Shown: one piece after another, positions 8,500 through 18,815 of the stretch | Numbering within the stretch: the stretch's first letter is position 1 | How the letters are laid out: every line of letters begins with the position of its first letter | Source: Candidatus Altimarinota bacterium | Lineage (GTDB): Bacteria; Patescibacteriota; Gracilibacteria; UBA1369; GCA-2718715 | Assembly: GCA_041242255.1 (NCBI GenBank) | Contig: JBESAV010000001.1 | Span: 576,001 to 640,000, forward strand | DNA length: 64,000 nucleotides | Reading direction: 5' to 3' | Position numbers and translations under genes: made by a program | Notes under the pieces: model-generated | The model's input: only the letters and a program-made list of their open reading frames with translations | The model's database searches: none | What the model was told of the DNA's origin: nothing

Positions 8500-9531
8500 A
8501 TGAAAAATCTACAACAAAGAGATCAAATACTGACAGGTTTCGAGCAAGAAGGATTCGCTATAGATTCAGAAGGAAAAGCGCTTCGCTTACCATCCACAAC
8601 AAACCTATTAGAACGAATCAGATATGAAATAGGTCTAGTCTACGGTTATAAATTTTCATACAACCGCCCACAACAAATCAACGACATGGTTTCAGTAGAG
8701 GAGCACTGGTTCCACATTGAAAACAAGAACCCAAAACCACTAAATGGCTATAGATCAGCCTTAGATTTATTGAACTTCCAAAAGATCCTCATCCAAGACG
8801 CACTCCAAAAACTCAACGCTACTTACGAACTCACCCCATTTCTTTCTGATACTTCATATCAAAGTACACCAGCTGACTGGACTCCAAGAGGGCATGAACT
8901 CCATACTCATTACCAGTGGTCGCCTGAAAACCTACACAGCTCAATAATCTCAGGTCTACAGATCAACCGAGGTTTCCCAACGGAGATTTTAAATCAAGGT
9001 CTACAAACGGAATACGCAATGCATCTCTACAACGCCTACCATGATCAGTTCTCTCAAATCTGCACAAACTACAATTCAGACAACCAAAGAGTAGACCATA
9101 TCGCCTCACTTTTGATGCAAGCAGACTCTTCGATCTTCACGGCAGAAGACATCCATCAATCCTACATGCCAGGTCCATTTGAAAGTACTGAAGAACTGTT
9201 TGATTACATGATCACCAAGTCTAGATACAACCCTCAAGATGGTTTTGATCCAAAGTCACTTCATTCACTATCGATCAAGCTAAAAGGGCAACCAAAGCAA
9301 GACATCCAACAATTCTCTTCAACTCACTATGAAGTAAGAATCTTAGACACCTTAGATACATTTTCTCCAGAAGGTAGAGAAAAAGTTGAAGACTTCATAC
9401 ACACAGTAGTAATACCAATCGAAGAAGCAGCCCAAAAAGCTAGCCTGACTTCATCATTTGCTGTATCTCTTCCAGACTCAGAGGAACCTCAGACATCAGA
9501 TCAAAAACCTTCTGTCCCTGCAGCTGAATAA
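8500..9531 (+). CDS. Divergent glutamate-cysteine ligase (GCS2/GshA)-like protein
   Basis: TGFEQEGFAID, SGLQIN and YEVRILD resemble the GCS superfamily motifs G.E.E, G.H/Q.N and EvR.lD. Confidence 0.55.
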   Translation: MKNLQQRDQILTGFEQEGFAIDSEGKALRLPSTTNLLERIRYEIGLVYGYKFSYNRPQQINDMVSVEEHWFHIENKNPKPLNGYRSALDLLNFQKILIQDALQKLNATYELTPFLSDTSYQSTPADWTPRGHELHTHYQWSPENLHSSIISGLQINRGFPTEILNQGLQTEYAMHLYNAYHDQFSQICTNYNSDNQRVDHIASLLMQADSSIFTAEDIHQSYMPGPFESTEELFDYMITKSRYNPQDGFDPKSLHSLSIKLKGQPKQDIQQFSSTHYEVRILDTLDTFSPEGREKVEDFIHTVVIPIEEAAQKASLTSSFAVSLPDSEEPQTSDQKPSVPAAE

Positions 9532-10720
9532 CCACATCATTCTCCAGCCTGATCCCAAAACCTTCTTCAGGTATATAGATCCCAGGCTCAACCGTTACCA
9601 CAGCCCCAGCTGGAAGCCCTACATCATATCTTCCCACATCATGCGTATCTAAACCGATATAGTGTGATGTTCCGTGCATAAAGTATTTTCTATACAATTC
9701 TGAACCACCTTCCGCAGCCACATCTGAAGCCTCCAAAAGCCCAAGCCCAACCAACTGCTCAGTCATAAGCTCTCCAACTTGGACATGATACTCATTTAAA
9801 ACCACCCCTTCCTTCAACAAATCTTTAGCACCTTCCATTACTTTAAGCACAGCCTCATATACATCAGCTTGTCTATCAGTAAATTTACCATTCACCGGCA
9901 AAGTTCGAGACAAATCAGAAGCGTAACCATTTAGCTCACACCCAAAATCCAACAACAACAAATCTCCATCCTTACATTCTCGATTATTATCTTGATAGTG
10001 CAGCACGCAATTTTTCGAACCTGAAGCCACTATACTTCCATAAGCTGGTCCAGTCGCACCACGACTTCGGAAGCCTCTAAGTATCTCAGCCTCCACCTCA
10101 TATTCCATCACACCAGGCTTAAGCATCTTACAAACATCCTTAAAAGTCTCACCTGTTATCTGGCAGGCCTTTTTCATGATCTCGATCTCAATTTTAGATT
10201 TTTTCACACGCAACTCAGCCAATAGGGGAGCCGACCTCCTAAACTCATGCCCAGGGTAATCACGTCTCAATTCCTCAGCTTTCACTTGATTTTTATTCTT
10301 CACCGAAGACCTAAACCGATTATGTTCATTCACATTCACATAGATCTTTGAAACTTCAGTTACAATCCTCCTAAACAACTTCTCAAAAGCCGAAACAGGC
10401 AAAACCTTCTCAATTCCTGAACTCTCTCGAGCTTTCTCATCCGAAGGCTCAACACCTTCCCACAAAGCCTTCTCTTCATCAAAGTCAGCAATAAACAAAT
10501 ATTCCTTCACAACCCCAGATGGATTTTTACACAAAACCAACACAGCCTCCTCATCCAAAACCCCAGTCAGGTAATACAAATCCGAGTTCTGCCTATAATC
10601 AAAAAACATATCCGCCGACTTCGGAAACTTAAAGTTCCCCCAAAACACAGCCACCGAATCCTCCTCCATCTTCGAAGCAAACCTCTCTCTATTCCCTACA
10701 AATAAATCTGAATTAAACAT
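9440..10720 (-). CDS. pepP: Xaa-Pro aminopeptidase
   Basis: AMP_N YRQNSDLYYLTG; M24 motifs LLLDFG, YASDLSRT, HGTSHYIGLDTHD, TVEPGIY, GIRLEND. Confidence 0.95.
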   Translation of the reverse strand: MFNSDLFVGNRERFASKMEEDSVAVFWGNFKFPKSADMFFDYRQNSDLYYLTGVLDEEAVLVLCKNPSGVVKEYLFIADFDEEKALWEGVEPSDEKARESSGIEKVLPVSAFEKLFRRIVTEVSKIYVNVNEHNRFRSSVKNKNQVKAEELRRDYPGHEFRRSAPLLAELRVKKSKIEIEIMKKACQITGETFKDVCKMLKPGVMEYEVEAEILRGFRSRGATGPAYGSIVASGSKNCVLHYQDNNRECKDGDLLLLDFGCELNGYASDLSRTLPVNGKFTDRQADVYEAVLKVMEGAKDLLKEGVVLNEYHVQVGELMTEQLVGLGLLEASDVAAEGGSELYRKYFMHGTSHYIGLDTHDVGRYDVGLPAGAVVTVEPGIYIPEEGFGIRLENDVVIQLQGQKVFDLMSEVPLSLEEIQQMMKSG

Positions 10721-10936
10721 TCTATTTTCTAAATATAATTAAACACATCATACTAAAAAATTAGCACAAATATCTAGAAAGATATATACTTATCAGGCTT
10801 ACTGTAAGTTTTACTCCTCTTCTAAAAGTAAAGTGCTTTTTTGTTTAATCTCAAGCCCAGCTAAAGTTAATTTTATTTCCTTCTAAAAAACCCTTCTACA
10901 CTAATGTAGAAGGGGAATGTCATTTAGGAAAGTATC

Positions 10937-11215
10937 TCAGTTGATTACATCCGGGTCAAAGTCTTCGAGATATTCCTCGTAGACATCGGACTTCATGGCT
11001 TTAATTTCACGATCAATCTCGTCAGATTTTGCGAACTGCTTGTCGCTTTCCTTTCTTAAGTCCTCTATTTCTTCGTTCACGAGAAGAAAAAACAATGCCG
11101 TTTTCTCTAATTCCTCCCTCGACATTTTCCGAACTCTCTCTTGGAACTCGACTTTTTTGTCAGATTCCATCGAGTCAATTTTTCCTTGAAGGAATGCTTT
11201 TCTTTTCTCGTCCAT
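10937..11215 (-). CDS. Small coiled-coil hypothetical protein
   Basis: 92-aa ORF with strong SD AAGGAGGTG and a downstream hairpin near 10892-10915. Confidence 0.7.
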   Translation of the reverse strand: MDEKRKAFLQGKIDSMESDKKVEFQERVRKMSREELEKTALFFLLVNEEIEDLRKESDKQFAKSDEIDREIKAMKSDVYEEYLEDFDPDVIN

Positions 11216-11309
11216 GACACCTCCTTTGTAGTTATATTTAGCTCACCCAATGTGACTAATATATAAACTACTTTATGACTCAGGTATAATAGCCTTCAAT
11301 TCTCATTTG

Positions 11310-12365
11310 TCAAGCTCCAGCCTTCAACCTCGGCCTAACCCTGCTCTTATATACCTTCATATCCCCATCTTTACCTGAACCAGCCGCCTCTTTTCTCAAT
11401 TTTAATTGCTCTTCAAAAGGTAGCTCCAAAACAGCCTTACATTCGTCAGTACAACATCCATTCATCTTCTCGGCACATTCAGCACATTGTATAAACAAGA
11501 GGTGACACGCATCATTCTTACAATTCGTATGATCATCGCAAGGTTTCCCACATTGGTGACAATTACTCAAAATATCATCTGTGATCTTCTCACCAAGTCT
11601 TTCATCAAATACAAAGTTCTTACCCTTGTACTTACAATCCAAACCTTGCTCGTTTACTTCATGGGCGTATTGGATGATTCCACCTTTTAACTGATTCACA
11701 TCCTTAAACCCTTTATGCTTAAAGTAAGCAGATGCTTTTTCACATCTTATTCCACCAGTACAATATAATAGAATTTTCTCATCTTTTTTATCTGCAAACT
11801 CTTCCTCAACTTTAGGAAGCAACTCTCTAAAAGTATCAGCATCCGGACAGTGAGCACCTTCAAAATGCCCAACCTCAGTCTCATAATGATTTCTCATATC
11901 AATCACAATCGCACCTTCCTCAATAGCTTTATTATACTCCTTAGCGCTAAGGTGATTTCCCACATCAGTCACATCAAAAGTCTCATCATTAAGTCCATCC
12001 GCAACAATCTTTTCTCTTATCTTAATAGCTAACTTATAGAAAGATTTCCCATCATCCTCAACCGCAATCTTGAAAGGAATCCCTTTCATATCTTTATCTC
12101 CATCAAGATATTCACGCAACTCATCAACTCTATCAGACGGCAAACTTATCTGGGCATTTATCCCTTCATTTGCTACATAGATTCTCCCCAGCATTCCAAG
12201 TTTCCCAAAATCCTTCATCAATCTCTCTTGAAAAGCTTCTACATCTTCAACATGAAAATACCTATAAAAAGAAATTGTCGTCCGATCTTCCTGAGATTCC
12301 TGCATTCTTTGTTTTAATACCTCTCTGGGCACAAATTTTTCTTTCTTCTTTCTAGACATATACAT
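11310..12365 (-). CDS. trhO: Rhodanese-domain tRNA U34 hydroxylase (YceA/TrhO)
   Basis: GRIYVANEGINAQ, IDMRNHYE, YCTGGIRCEKAS, GKNFVFDERL, Cys-rich tail. Confidence 0.92.
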   Translation of the reverse strand: MYMSRKKKEKFVPREVLKQRMQESQEDRTTISFYRYFHVEDVEAFQERLMKDFGKLGMLGRIYVANEGINAQISLPSDRVDELREYLDGDKDMKGIPFKIAVEDDGKSFYKLAIKIREKIVADGLNDETFDVTDVGNHLSAKEYNKAIEEGAIVIDMRNHYETEVGHFEGAHCPDADTFRELLPKVEEEFADKKDEKILLYCTGGIRCEKASAYFKHKGFKDVNQLKGGIIQYAHEVNEQGLDCKYKGKNFVFDERLGEKITDDILSNCHQCGKPCDDHTNCKNDACHLLFIQCAECAEKMNGCCTDECKAVLELPFEEQLKLRKEAAGSGKDGDMKVYKSRVRPRLKAGA

Positions 12366-12421
12366 AAGTTATTAACTGTTGTCCAATATACACTATCGTC
12401 CATCAGAATCAACCAAACCTA

Positions 12422-13117
12422 TTAGCCTCCAATAATATTCTTATAGTTTAAAACCATACGCTCAAAGTAAATATCTAGTATCTTTTGCCCAACCTCTTTA
12501 TCAATTCTCCACTCTGGATGATTATCAGCAATCCCATCCTTAGACTTCAGAGATAAATCATCTTCACTAAAAGGTTCCTCTATCTTAACTTTTCTATAAT
12601 CATCCTTAGGTCTCACCACAAGTTTCTCATCGATAGCAAGCATATTACATATCTCAGTATTTCCAGCATGGTCATCGCATGGACCATCAATCAGTCCTTC
12701 AATTTTTTTATCATCTTGATCATCAAAAACTTCTAGCAAGAAAATATTTTTTAGTTCACTTTCCTTCATAAACTCTAATACATAAGGTTCGTTATGATGA
12801 AAAGTTGTGATAAGTATCTTATTAGCTACGTCTTTTAAAGAAAAACATATATCTCTTAAAACCAATTTTAATGTATTAGCCCTAAGGTAGACAGTTCCAG
12901 GAAAACCAGCGTGTTCTTCAGACCTTGAAAACTCCATTGTAGGCAAAACAACCAAGTCAGGATCAATCGATTCTAGTCGCTCTACCAAGTGGTCAATAAT
13001 ATAAGTATCAGTACCAAAAGGAATAAAAGGGCCATGTTGCTCAGTTGCCCCCAGCACAATCAAAAAATCAAATTTCTTATCGTTCATTTCAACTAGTCTC
13101 ATATCTTTCAACCTCAT
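12422..13117 (-). CDS. Creatininase-family amidohydrolase
   Basis: GATEQHGP, GTDT, SEEHAGFPGT, DHAG..E motifs. Confidence 0.85.
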   Translation of the reverse strand: MRLKDMRLVEMNDKKFDFLIVLGATEQHGPFIPFGTDTYIIDHLVERLESIDPDLVVLPTMEFSRSEEHAGFPGTVYLRANTLKLVLRDICFSLKDVANKILITTFHHNEPYVLEFMKESELKNIFLLEVFDDQDDKKIEGLIDGPCDDHAGNTEICNMLAIDEKLVVRPKDDYRKVKIEEPFSEDDLSLKSKDGIADNHPEWRIDKEVGQKILDIYFERMVLNYKNIIGG

Positions 13118-13189
13118 AGCAATAAATTATCAACATTAATACTAATCTACCAAAAAACTAAATATCTTTAAACAAACAACACCAACAAC

Positions 13190-14422
13190 TTATATCTTCC
13201 TCATTATACTCCTCACACTCTCCTCAGCCTTCTTATCGCCAAGCTTCTTAGCCAAAAAAAGTAATCGTTTATAAGTACTCTTATATTTCCTTGCTCCTTT
13301 GACTGTATCTACATCGTCAACTTTGGCATACAAATACTCAAACTCTTTCCCATATACGTACTTGATCAACTCTTTATCCCCAAGCTTGCGAGCCTCTGCC
13401 ATCCCTTTCTTCCAGTTCCTTTTTTTAGCCAGATCTACTATATATTCTCGACGAACCTGCTCTTCAATTTCTTCCAAACCACCTTTATGAGCCACACGAA
13501 TAGCTTTTTTATATTTCTTCAAACCCAACAACCAAACCACCTCATTGTGGTAAGCCATCCTTTCTAAGTCCTCAGCTTGAGCTAATCTAAAATGTTTCCT
13601 AGCCTGATCCCATTTCCTTGAATTCATGTAAAAAATCCCCATATTTTTGTAAGTAACAATCAAGTTTTTCTCGACAATCTCTGCCTCCACCTCAAACATT
13701 GCAGCTACAGCCTGCATTTTAGCAGTATTTACTTCTGATACATCCCATTTTTTCTCAGATGGATCAGTAATATCTAAAAGATTTATAGCTAATATATTCT
13801 CACAATCCACCAAATAACCTTTATCCTTATAATCCTTAAAGGTCCCGTTAGTCGCCTCATAATCCAACCCATGAATATGCAAGCAAACATGATTAGGTAA
13901 GACTCTTATCTCCAGATCCTCCACATCTCCTACAATAGCAAACATCCCCACATAGAATGTCACAATCTGATTACAGTCTCCAATCATCTTCATTCCTTCT
14001 TCTCCATACCTTGCTGGGAAAAGTTTCCAAAAAGCTGAAGATTCCCGGTATTTATATCTTCCTTTCAAAAACTCTCCTATCATCATCAGTTTCCATACAT
14101 CCTGCTCTTCTTTCTCATTCACCAGACGTTCAGGTACCGTCATTTCCACTTTCTCAGCATCGTATGGGTGCTTCTCCATCCATTCTAAAAAATCTTCTTC
14201 AATGAGCTCTGCCACCTCATACATTTTCCTTCGCTTTGACTTCTTCAAAAAACGATAACCTTTGTACTTATATTCCAGCCAGATTGCCGTCTCAAACGGA
14301 AACTCAAAAAACAAATCCACCAATCTCTCCCTATACCTACTATTCGATTTTCCAAGTTTAACTTTGCTCAAAACCTTATCAACTCTCTTTTCAATCTTAT
14401 TTTCATAAACCGACAAAAACAT
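13190..14422 (-). CDS. Transglutaminase-like cysteine domain + TPR-like protein
   Basis: GDCNQ...NHVCL...DYEAT putative Cys-His-Asp/Glu triad and a helical-repeat C-terminus; start moved to ATG 14422 to avoid overlap. Confidence 0.55.
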   Translation of the reverse strand: MFLSVYENKIEKRVDKVLSKVKLGKSNSRYRERLVDLFFEFPFETAIWLEYKYKGYRFLKKSKRRKMYEVAELIEEDFLEWMEKHPYDAEKVEMTVPERLVNEKEEQDVWKLMMIGEFLKGRYKYRESSAFWKLFPARYGEEGMKMIGDCNQIVTFYVGMFAIVGDVEDLEIRVLPNHVCLHIHGLDYEATNGTFKDYKDKGYLVDCENILAINLLDITDPSEKKWDVSEVNTAKMQAVAAMFEVEAEIVEKNLIVTYKNMGIFYMNSRKWDQARKHFRLAQAEDLERMAYHNEVVWLLGLKKYKKAIRVAHKGGLEEIEEQVRREYIVDLAKKRNWKKGMAEARKLGDKELIKYVYGKEFEYLYAKVDDVDTVKGARKYKSTYKRLLFLAKKLGDKKAEESVRSIMRKI

Positions 14423-14447
14423 ACAATCCAAAATTAAGTCATCCAAA

Positions 14448-14690
14448 CTACCGGTGCTTACACCCAGGCCAACAACATGGCCTCCTCTTTCCATTAGCAA
14501 GCTCTTCAATGCCCCAGTGCAATCTCTTCTCACGAGTCTCAGCCTTTTTAGCATCTGTCATCCAGCAAATCCACTCATTCCGAGCTAGGGGAGTGATGTC
14601 TTCCCAAGTTTTTAAAGCAAGTGGACTTCTAATCAAAGCCTCCTCAAGCGCCTCATACATATCATGTACCACTCCTCCTTCTAATTTCAT
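14448..14690 (-). CDS. YdeI/OmpD-associated family protein
   Basis: WEDITPLARNEWICWMTDAKKAETREKR...GKRRPCCWPGC. Confidence 0.85.
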   Translation of the reverse strand: MKLEGGVVHDMYEALEEALIRSPLALKTWEDITPLARNEWICWMTDAKKAETREKRLHWGIEELANGKRRPCCWPGCKHR

Positions 14691-14771
14691 ACTGATGATT
14701 ACTGAGTCTTATTATACATAAAATTTGTACAATAAAAAAAGAAGCTTTCGCTTCTTTTTCCTTCACATCAA

Positions 14772-15083
14772 TCATTCATCATTAGTTCCTTTGGTCTTTT
14801 CAAAATGAACCAATGGACCAATATCAATAACTGGTGAGTTATCTGACTTTGGTTCGTTCATGTTATCAGGCTTACTATATCCTTGAGAATCAGTTTGATT
14901 CTCAAAAGATTTTGCAATTAAAAGCAAAAACCAAGCACTGAGAATTCCCATTGTTACTAATAATACTGTTTTGATGAACGCCTTATACTCTGGGAAAACT
15001 CTCAGAGTAATGATTGCGCACACCAATACCACAATTAGTAAGGCCGCAGTACGCATGACCTTTGGAACGTTTAGTTCTTTCAT
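14772..15083 (-). CDS. Small 2-TM membrane protein
   Basis: Two hydrophobic helices; terminator hairpin near 14736-14759. Confidence 0.65.
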   Translation of the reverse strand: MKELNVPKVMRTAALLIVVLVCAIITLRVFPEYKAFIKTVLLVTMGILSAWFLLLIAKSFENQTDSQGYSKPDNMNEPKSDNSPVIDIGPLVHFEKTKGTNDE

Positions 15084-15232
15084 ACCAATGTCTCCCCATG
15101 ATGTTTAGGATCGCGACTCTCATGATCATAACCAATGCATGTCACAAGAATACAAACCTATTAAAGCGCTATAAGTGGAGTATGTCAAGTGTTGTGCTAA
15201 ATTAAAAACACCATCCTTGGTGCTAATTTGAG

Positions 15233-15309
15233 TGGTGCGCGATGAGAGATTCGAACTCCCGACCCCCTGGGTGTAAACCAGATGCTCTAGCCAGCTGAGC
15301 TAATCGCGC
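15233..15309 (-). tRNA. tRNA-Val(TAC)
   Basis: GCGCGAT/ATCGCGC acceptor stem, anticodon loop TTTACAC, GTTCGAATC, CCA. Confidence 0.97.
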
Positions 15310-15426
15310 ATTTGATATTTCAAACTGTTATAAACAGTGTTTGTATTTAATCAGAGCAACCTACAAAAATCAAGTCAAAAATAAAGACCACCTTTACCAG
15401 GTGGCCTTGTCGGTAAACTTATCTTC

Positions 15427-15528
15427 TTACCTCCTTAACTCTTTAACGATCTGAACAATTATCTCAAGTGGCACTTTATCCTCAAGCATAGCCACCACCA
15501 TACAGAAAATTGCTACTTCATCTTTCAC
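15427..15528 (-). CDS. 33-aa small peptide (not in ORF track)
   Basis: GTG start with SD GAGGTGA; MKDEVAIFCMVVAMLEDKVPLEIIVQIVKELRR; upstream TTGACA-N16-TATAAT; downstream hairpin. Confidence 0.6.
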   Translation of the reverse strand: MKDEVAIFCMVVAMLEDKVPLEIIVQIVKELRR

Positions 15529-15622
15529 GATAGGTTCACCTCAATGAACAGTTTTCACTTACTTGGAAAGAAAAACTCTTACCCAAGAATTATATTTTAC
15601 ATAAGTTATATGTCAAGTAGCT

Positions 15623-16705
15623 CTATTCAGCCAGCTGATACTTATCTTGCCCAACCCTCTCAAACTGAGGTTTATTTTTCAAGTTCAATAAAATTGTAAT
15701 TCTCTTAACTTGTCTCCTTTCTAAGACACGAGCTACAATCTCATTTCTACCAAGTGGAGCCTCATCTTTTAAGATGTTTTCAATAACATCAGCAACAGTT
15801 CCTTCTTTATAACCCCATTCTGATAGTGCATAGATACCTCTACCAATCAAAACAAACCCATCAAATCTAATCAACTCATTATGAACCGCTTGAGTATTGA
15901 TCTTCTTCTCATCGAAAGGAAGCTTCTGGATCTTTTCAGCAATCTCAACGTAATGCATAGGTTTTTCCATATCTCTCATTACATAGAAAATCTTATCTCT
16001 AAGTGTTTTCGGATTTATATGTCTCCAAGAAGAAAGCCCAACCGACTTATCACCAAGAACCAAAAGTCTTCTGTCTAAATCCAAAGCAGAAATAACAAAC
16101 TCAGGAGTAAGACTAAACCCCTCAATCTTAACTTCATTAATAATCGCTGAAGTAACCTCACCCTTAGTCATAACTTCTTTTCTCTTTTTCAGTAATTTAT
16201 ACCCAGCAGCACAAACCTTCTTAATGTAGGCGCCCTTAATACCTTTTTTCTTCCAATGCGGTTTGTATTGAATAGTGTTGTGTACTCTTACAAGTTCTTT
16301 TTCTAGATCAATAGTTAACTTTAAACTTTCTTCATCAGTATTTAAACATTCACCTTTTACTTTCATCTCTTCCACCATTCTTCTTTCAGAAACCAAACCA
16401 CCAAAGTTATCAATCAACTTTACTGCTAAATCAGTGACATAAAACAGGTCGGTATTATTTACATTTCTTTCTAATTTTCGGAGTGCATTTTTCTCAATCT
16501 GCCTTATTCTCTCTCTTGTTACGTTATATTTTTGTCCAATCTTTTCAAGTGTTTGTCTAGGGTTGTCATTTAAACTAAATCTATTTTCAATAATATACTT
16601 CTCTTTTTCAGATAATACGATCATTAAGCCATTTATAAGGTCTGAGACTTGTTCTAAACTATCGGAATAACTCATAATTTTTGTTTTCGTTAAACTATAA
16701 TTCAT
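15623..16705 (-). CDS. Sigma70 region-4 + HARE-HTH (RNAP delta-like) protein
   Basis: TLEKIGQKYNVTRERIRQIE, HNELI..FVLIGRGIYALSEWGY; an architecture typical of CPR bacteria. Confidence 0.85.
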   Translation of the reverse strand: MNYSLTKTKIMSYSDSLEQVSDLINGLMIVLSEKEKYIIENRFSLNDNPRQTLEKIGQKYNVTRERIRQIEKNALRKLERNVNNTDLFYVTDLAVKLIDNFGGLVSERRMVEEMKVKGECLNTDEESLKLTIDLEKELVRVHNTIQYKPHWKKKGIKGAYIKKVCAAGYKLLKKRKEVMTKGEVTSAIINEVKIEGFSLTPEFVISALDLDRRLLVLGDKSVGLSSWRHINPKTLRDKIFYVMRDMEKPMHYVEIAEKIQKLPFDEKKINTQAVHNELIRFDGFVLIGRGIYALSEWGYKEGTVADVIENILKDEAPLGRNEIVARVLERRQVKRITILLNLKNKPQFERVGQDKYQLAE

Positions 16706-16762
16706 TTGCAGTAACCATTATAAAAAACTGCCCCCTTTTCGCAATGCTGAAATGACGTCTAT

Positions 16763-17323
16763 TTATACATTTTGAAGAAAAAATTTCACCACATCTTCCT
16801 CTTTTTGCACATTTTTTGGAAGACTCGAAAGCACTTCTTTAACCTGTTTTTGAGTGTAGCCAAGTCCAATTAGGCCTGTCATAATATTGTCAGAAATATT
16901 GGAATGTTTCCTGCTTAAATTCAATGTTGACGGAAGAGTGTTTTGCAATTCTAAGATAATCCTCTCAGCACCTTTTTTCCCTAATCCATGGGCTTTACTC
17001 AGAAATTTGACGTCCTGAGCTTTGATTGCATCCATAACCTCCGCAACACCGAGTTGCAGTATTGACAAAGCTGTCTTTGATCCTACTCCTTTAACTGATC
17101 TCAATTTCACAAACAAAGTCTGCCCACTTTTAATAGCAAACCCATACAGATCAAATGCATCTTCTCGAATCACACTTTCAATAAAGAAGGCCTTCTTCTG
17201 TTCCTCGGCACATTCCACCAAATCACTTTGAATCAAATAAACCCTATAACCAATTCCATTCACTCCAAGAATAATAGAGTCTTCCTCCACAAACTTCACC
17301 ACACCCTCTAGATAAGCAATCAT
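16763..17323 (-). CDS. ruvA: Holliday junction branch migration protein RuvA
   Basis: MIAYLEG, VNGIGY, REDAFDLYGF, HhH VKGVGSKTA and GLGKKGAERI. Confidence 0.93.
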   Translation of the reverse strand: MIAYLEGVVKFVEEDSIILGVNGIGYRVYLIQSDLVECAEEQKKAFFIESVIREDAFDLYGFAIKSGQTLFVKLRSVKGVGSKTALSILQLGVAEVMDAIKAQDVKFLSKAHGLGKKGAERIILELQNTLPSTLNLSRKHSNISDNIMTGLIGLGYTQKQVKEVLSSLPKNVQKEEDVVKFFLQNV

Positions 17324-17393
17324 ATCCCATATTAAATCTGCTCAAATTCTATCACAAAAAAACTCCACCTAGAAAACAACCTCCTAACCAAAC

Positions 17394-17762
17394 TTAACTC
17401 TTTTTAATTCCCATCCTAACTTCATCCATAATCTTCATAATCTTATCTTCTCCCAACAATTCATACGATCTCTCCCAAATCTTCTCCTCACTTTCATCAT
17501 ATTCATAAAACCCTTCAAATTCGGTAAGTCTTTTCTTCCCATACAGACACACAGCTACCAAAAGCATTACTAAGAACCAACCATATTCCTGATATTCAAC
17601 CACTTCCTCCATCTCAACAAGATTCGCAAACAACAAGCTAGGCACAACCCCTAACCCAATCAATAAACATAAGTTAACTAACACTTCAAATATGAACTGC
17701 CTCTCCCCAATCTCAATCCGAACAACCTCCAATACCTCTTTCTCAAAATTCTCCATAAACAA
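17394..17762 (-). CDS. Hypothetical membrane protein
   Basis: 122-aa ORF with two hydrophobic segments. Confidence 0.55.
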   Translation of the reverse strand: MFMENFEKEVLEVVRIEIGERQFIFEVLVNLCLLIGLGVVPSLLFANLVEMEEVVEYQEYGWFLVMLLVAVCLYGKKRLTEFEGFYEYDESEEKIWERSYELLGEDKIMKIMDEVRMGIKKS

Positions 17763-17836
17763 AATTAAATCTCACAACAATATTCAAAATAAAAAGAAAA
17801 CCAACTCAGCAAATGCCCAGTTGGTCGCGCTCGTTG

Positions 17837-18076
17837 TCATACGGGAAATGAGCCATACTCTGGTTCTGGGGGAACCCGAATCGTATATCCGTTGACTGGA
17901 TCCCCCGACAAAACTTCTCCACCTGATACTATGATTGCTTCTAAGCAATTAGCAACACCATAGTAATCTTCTTCACTAAGGTAGTTTTGGAGGCTTCTGA
18001 AAACCTCCTTCCTTTCGTCAACTGGAAGATGTGAATGACCTTTTGTAACAATGTAGACAGCCATACAGGCCTCCAA
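17837..18076 (-). CDS. Small hypothetical protein (start probably ATG 18064)
   Basis: ORF with GGAGG just upstream of the second Met. Confidence 0.55.
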   Translation of the reverse strand: MEACMAVYIVTKGHSHLPVDERKEVFRSLQNYLSEEDYYGVANCLEAIIVSGGEVLSGDPVNGYTIRVPPEPEYGSFPV

Positions 18077-18214
18077 TTTTAGTGTTTTATTTTAGCACTG
18101 AGCCTACCTCAGACTAAAATATAAACATTTTTAATGAGCTCGTTTATCATACTGGTTAAGTTGAATATGTCAAGTTATAGTGAACAGCCTAAACATACAT
18201 ACTCATGCCTTCAA

Positions 18215-18733
18215 TCACTCATACATATCATTCCCAAATTTAGCATAAGCTAAACTCAAACTATGCCTAAAAGCATCCGATCTCGTAATCTTTCCATTTG
18301 TAAACAAACCCCAAGCACCTTCATTATTTCTTACATCTCGATCATGTAATTCATGAAGCAGTGGCCCAAGTTCTTTCCCAGCTTCTATTTCTTTACGAAT
18401 CTGCTGAGGCACTTCAACATGCCCACTACAACTTCTCGCAACGCTTCCATTTTTATCAACAATCACCACCCAACCACACAAAAACATTGTTCCACCTTTA
18501 ACTTCCACTCCACCTTCCATTCCAATCCCAAGCTCTGCACCTTCCACGGATTTTAGTGACCTCATAGCCCTATTCAGAGCACCTTCAAGACACTCAACAT
18601 CACTCATAGGCATATCACTAACTCCAGACTCAACAGAAACCCCTACGACTTCATATCTATCAAATTCCTGCGAAGCCCACTCTTCCACAGCTCTCTTCTT
18701 AGCTAAGTTCTTAGTCCCAAGTGCAATTTTCAT
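18215..18733 (-). CDS. Inosine/xanthosine triphosphatase (YjjX/DUF84 family)
   Basis: GTKNLAK, SGVSDMP, GALNRA, GIGMEGG, ELG, GAWGLFT. Confidence 0.88.
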   Translation of the reverse strand: MKIALGTKNLAKKRAVEEWASQEFDRYEVVGVSVESGVSDMPMSDVECLEGALNRAMRSLKSVEGAELGIGMEGGVEVKGGTMFLCGWVVIVDKNGSVARSCSGHVEVPQQIRKEIEAGKELGPLLHELHDRDVRNNEGAWGLFTNGKITRSDAFRHSLSLAYAKFGNDMYE

Positions 18734-18815
18734 AATTTCTTTTTTAATTTACAACAAAATACCACTCCCCAAAAAAAGACCCAACTTCAAAAGCTGAGTC
18801 TCCTTCTCAATGAAC

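Noticed and set aside
14423-14554. N-terminal extension of ORF 13190-14554
   Set aside because: It overlaps the YdeI/OmpD gene on the same strand; ATG 14422 is the more plausible start.
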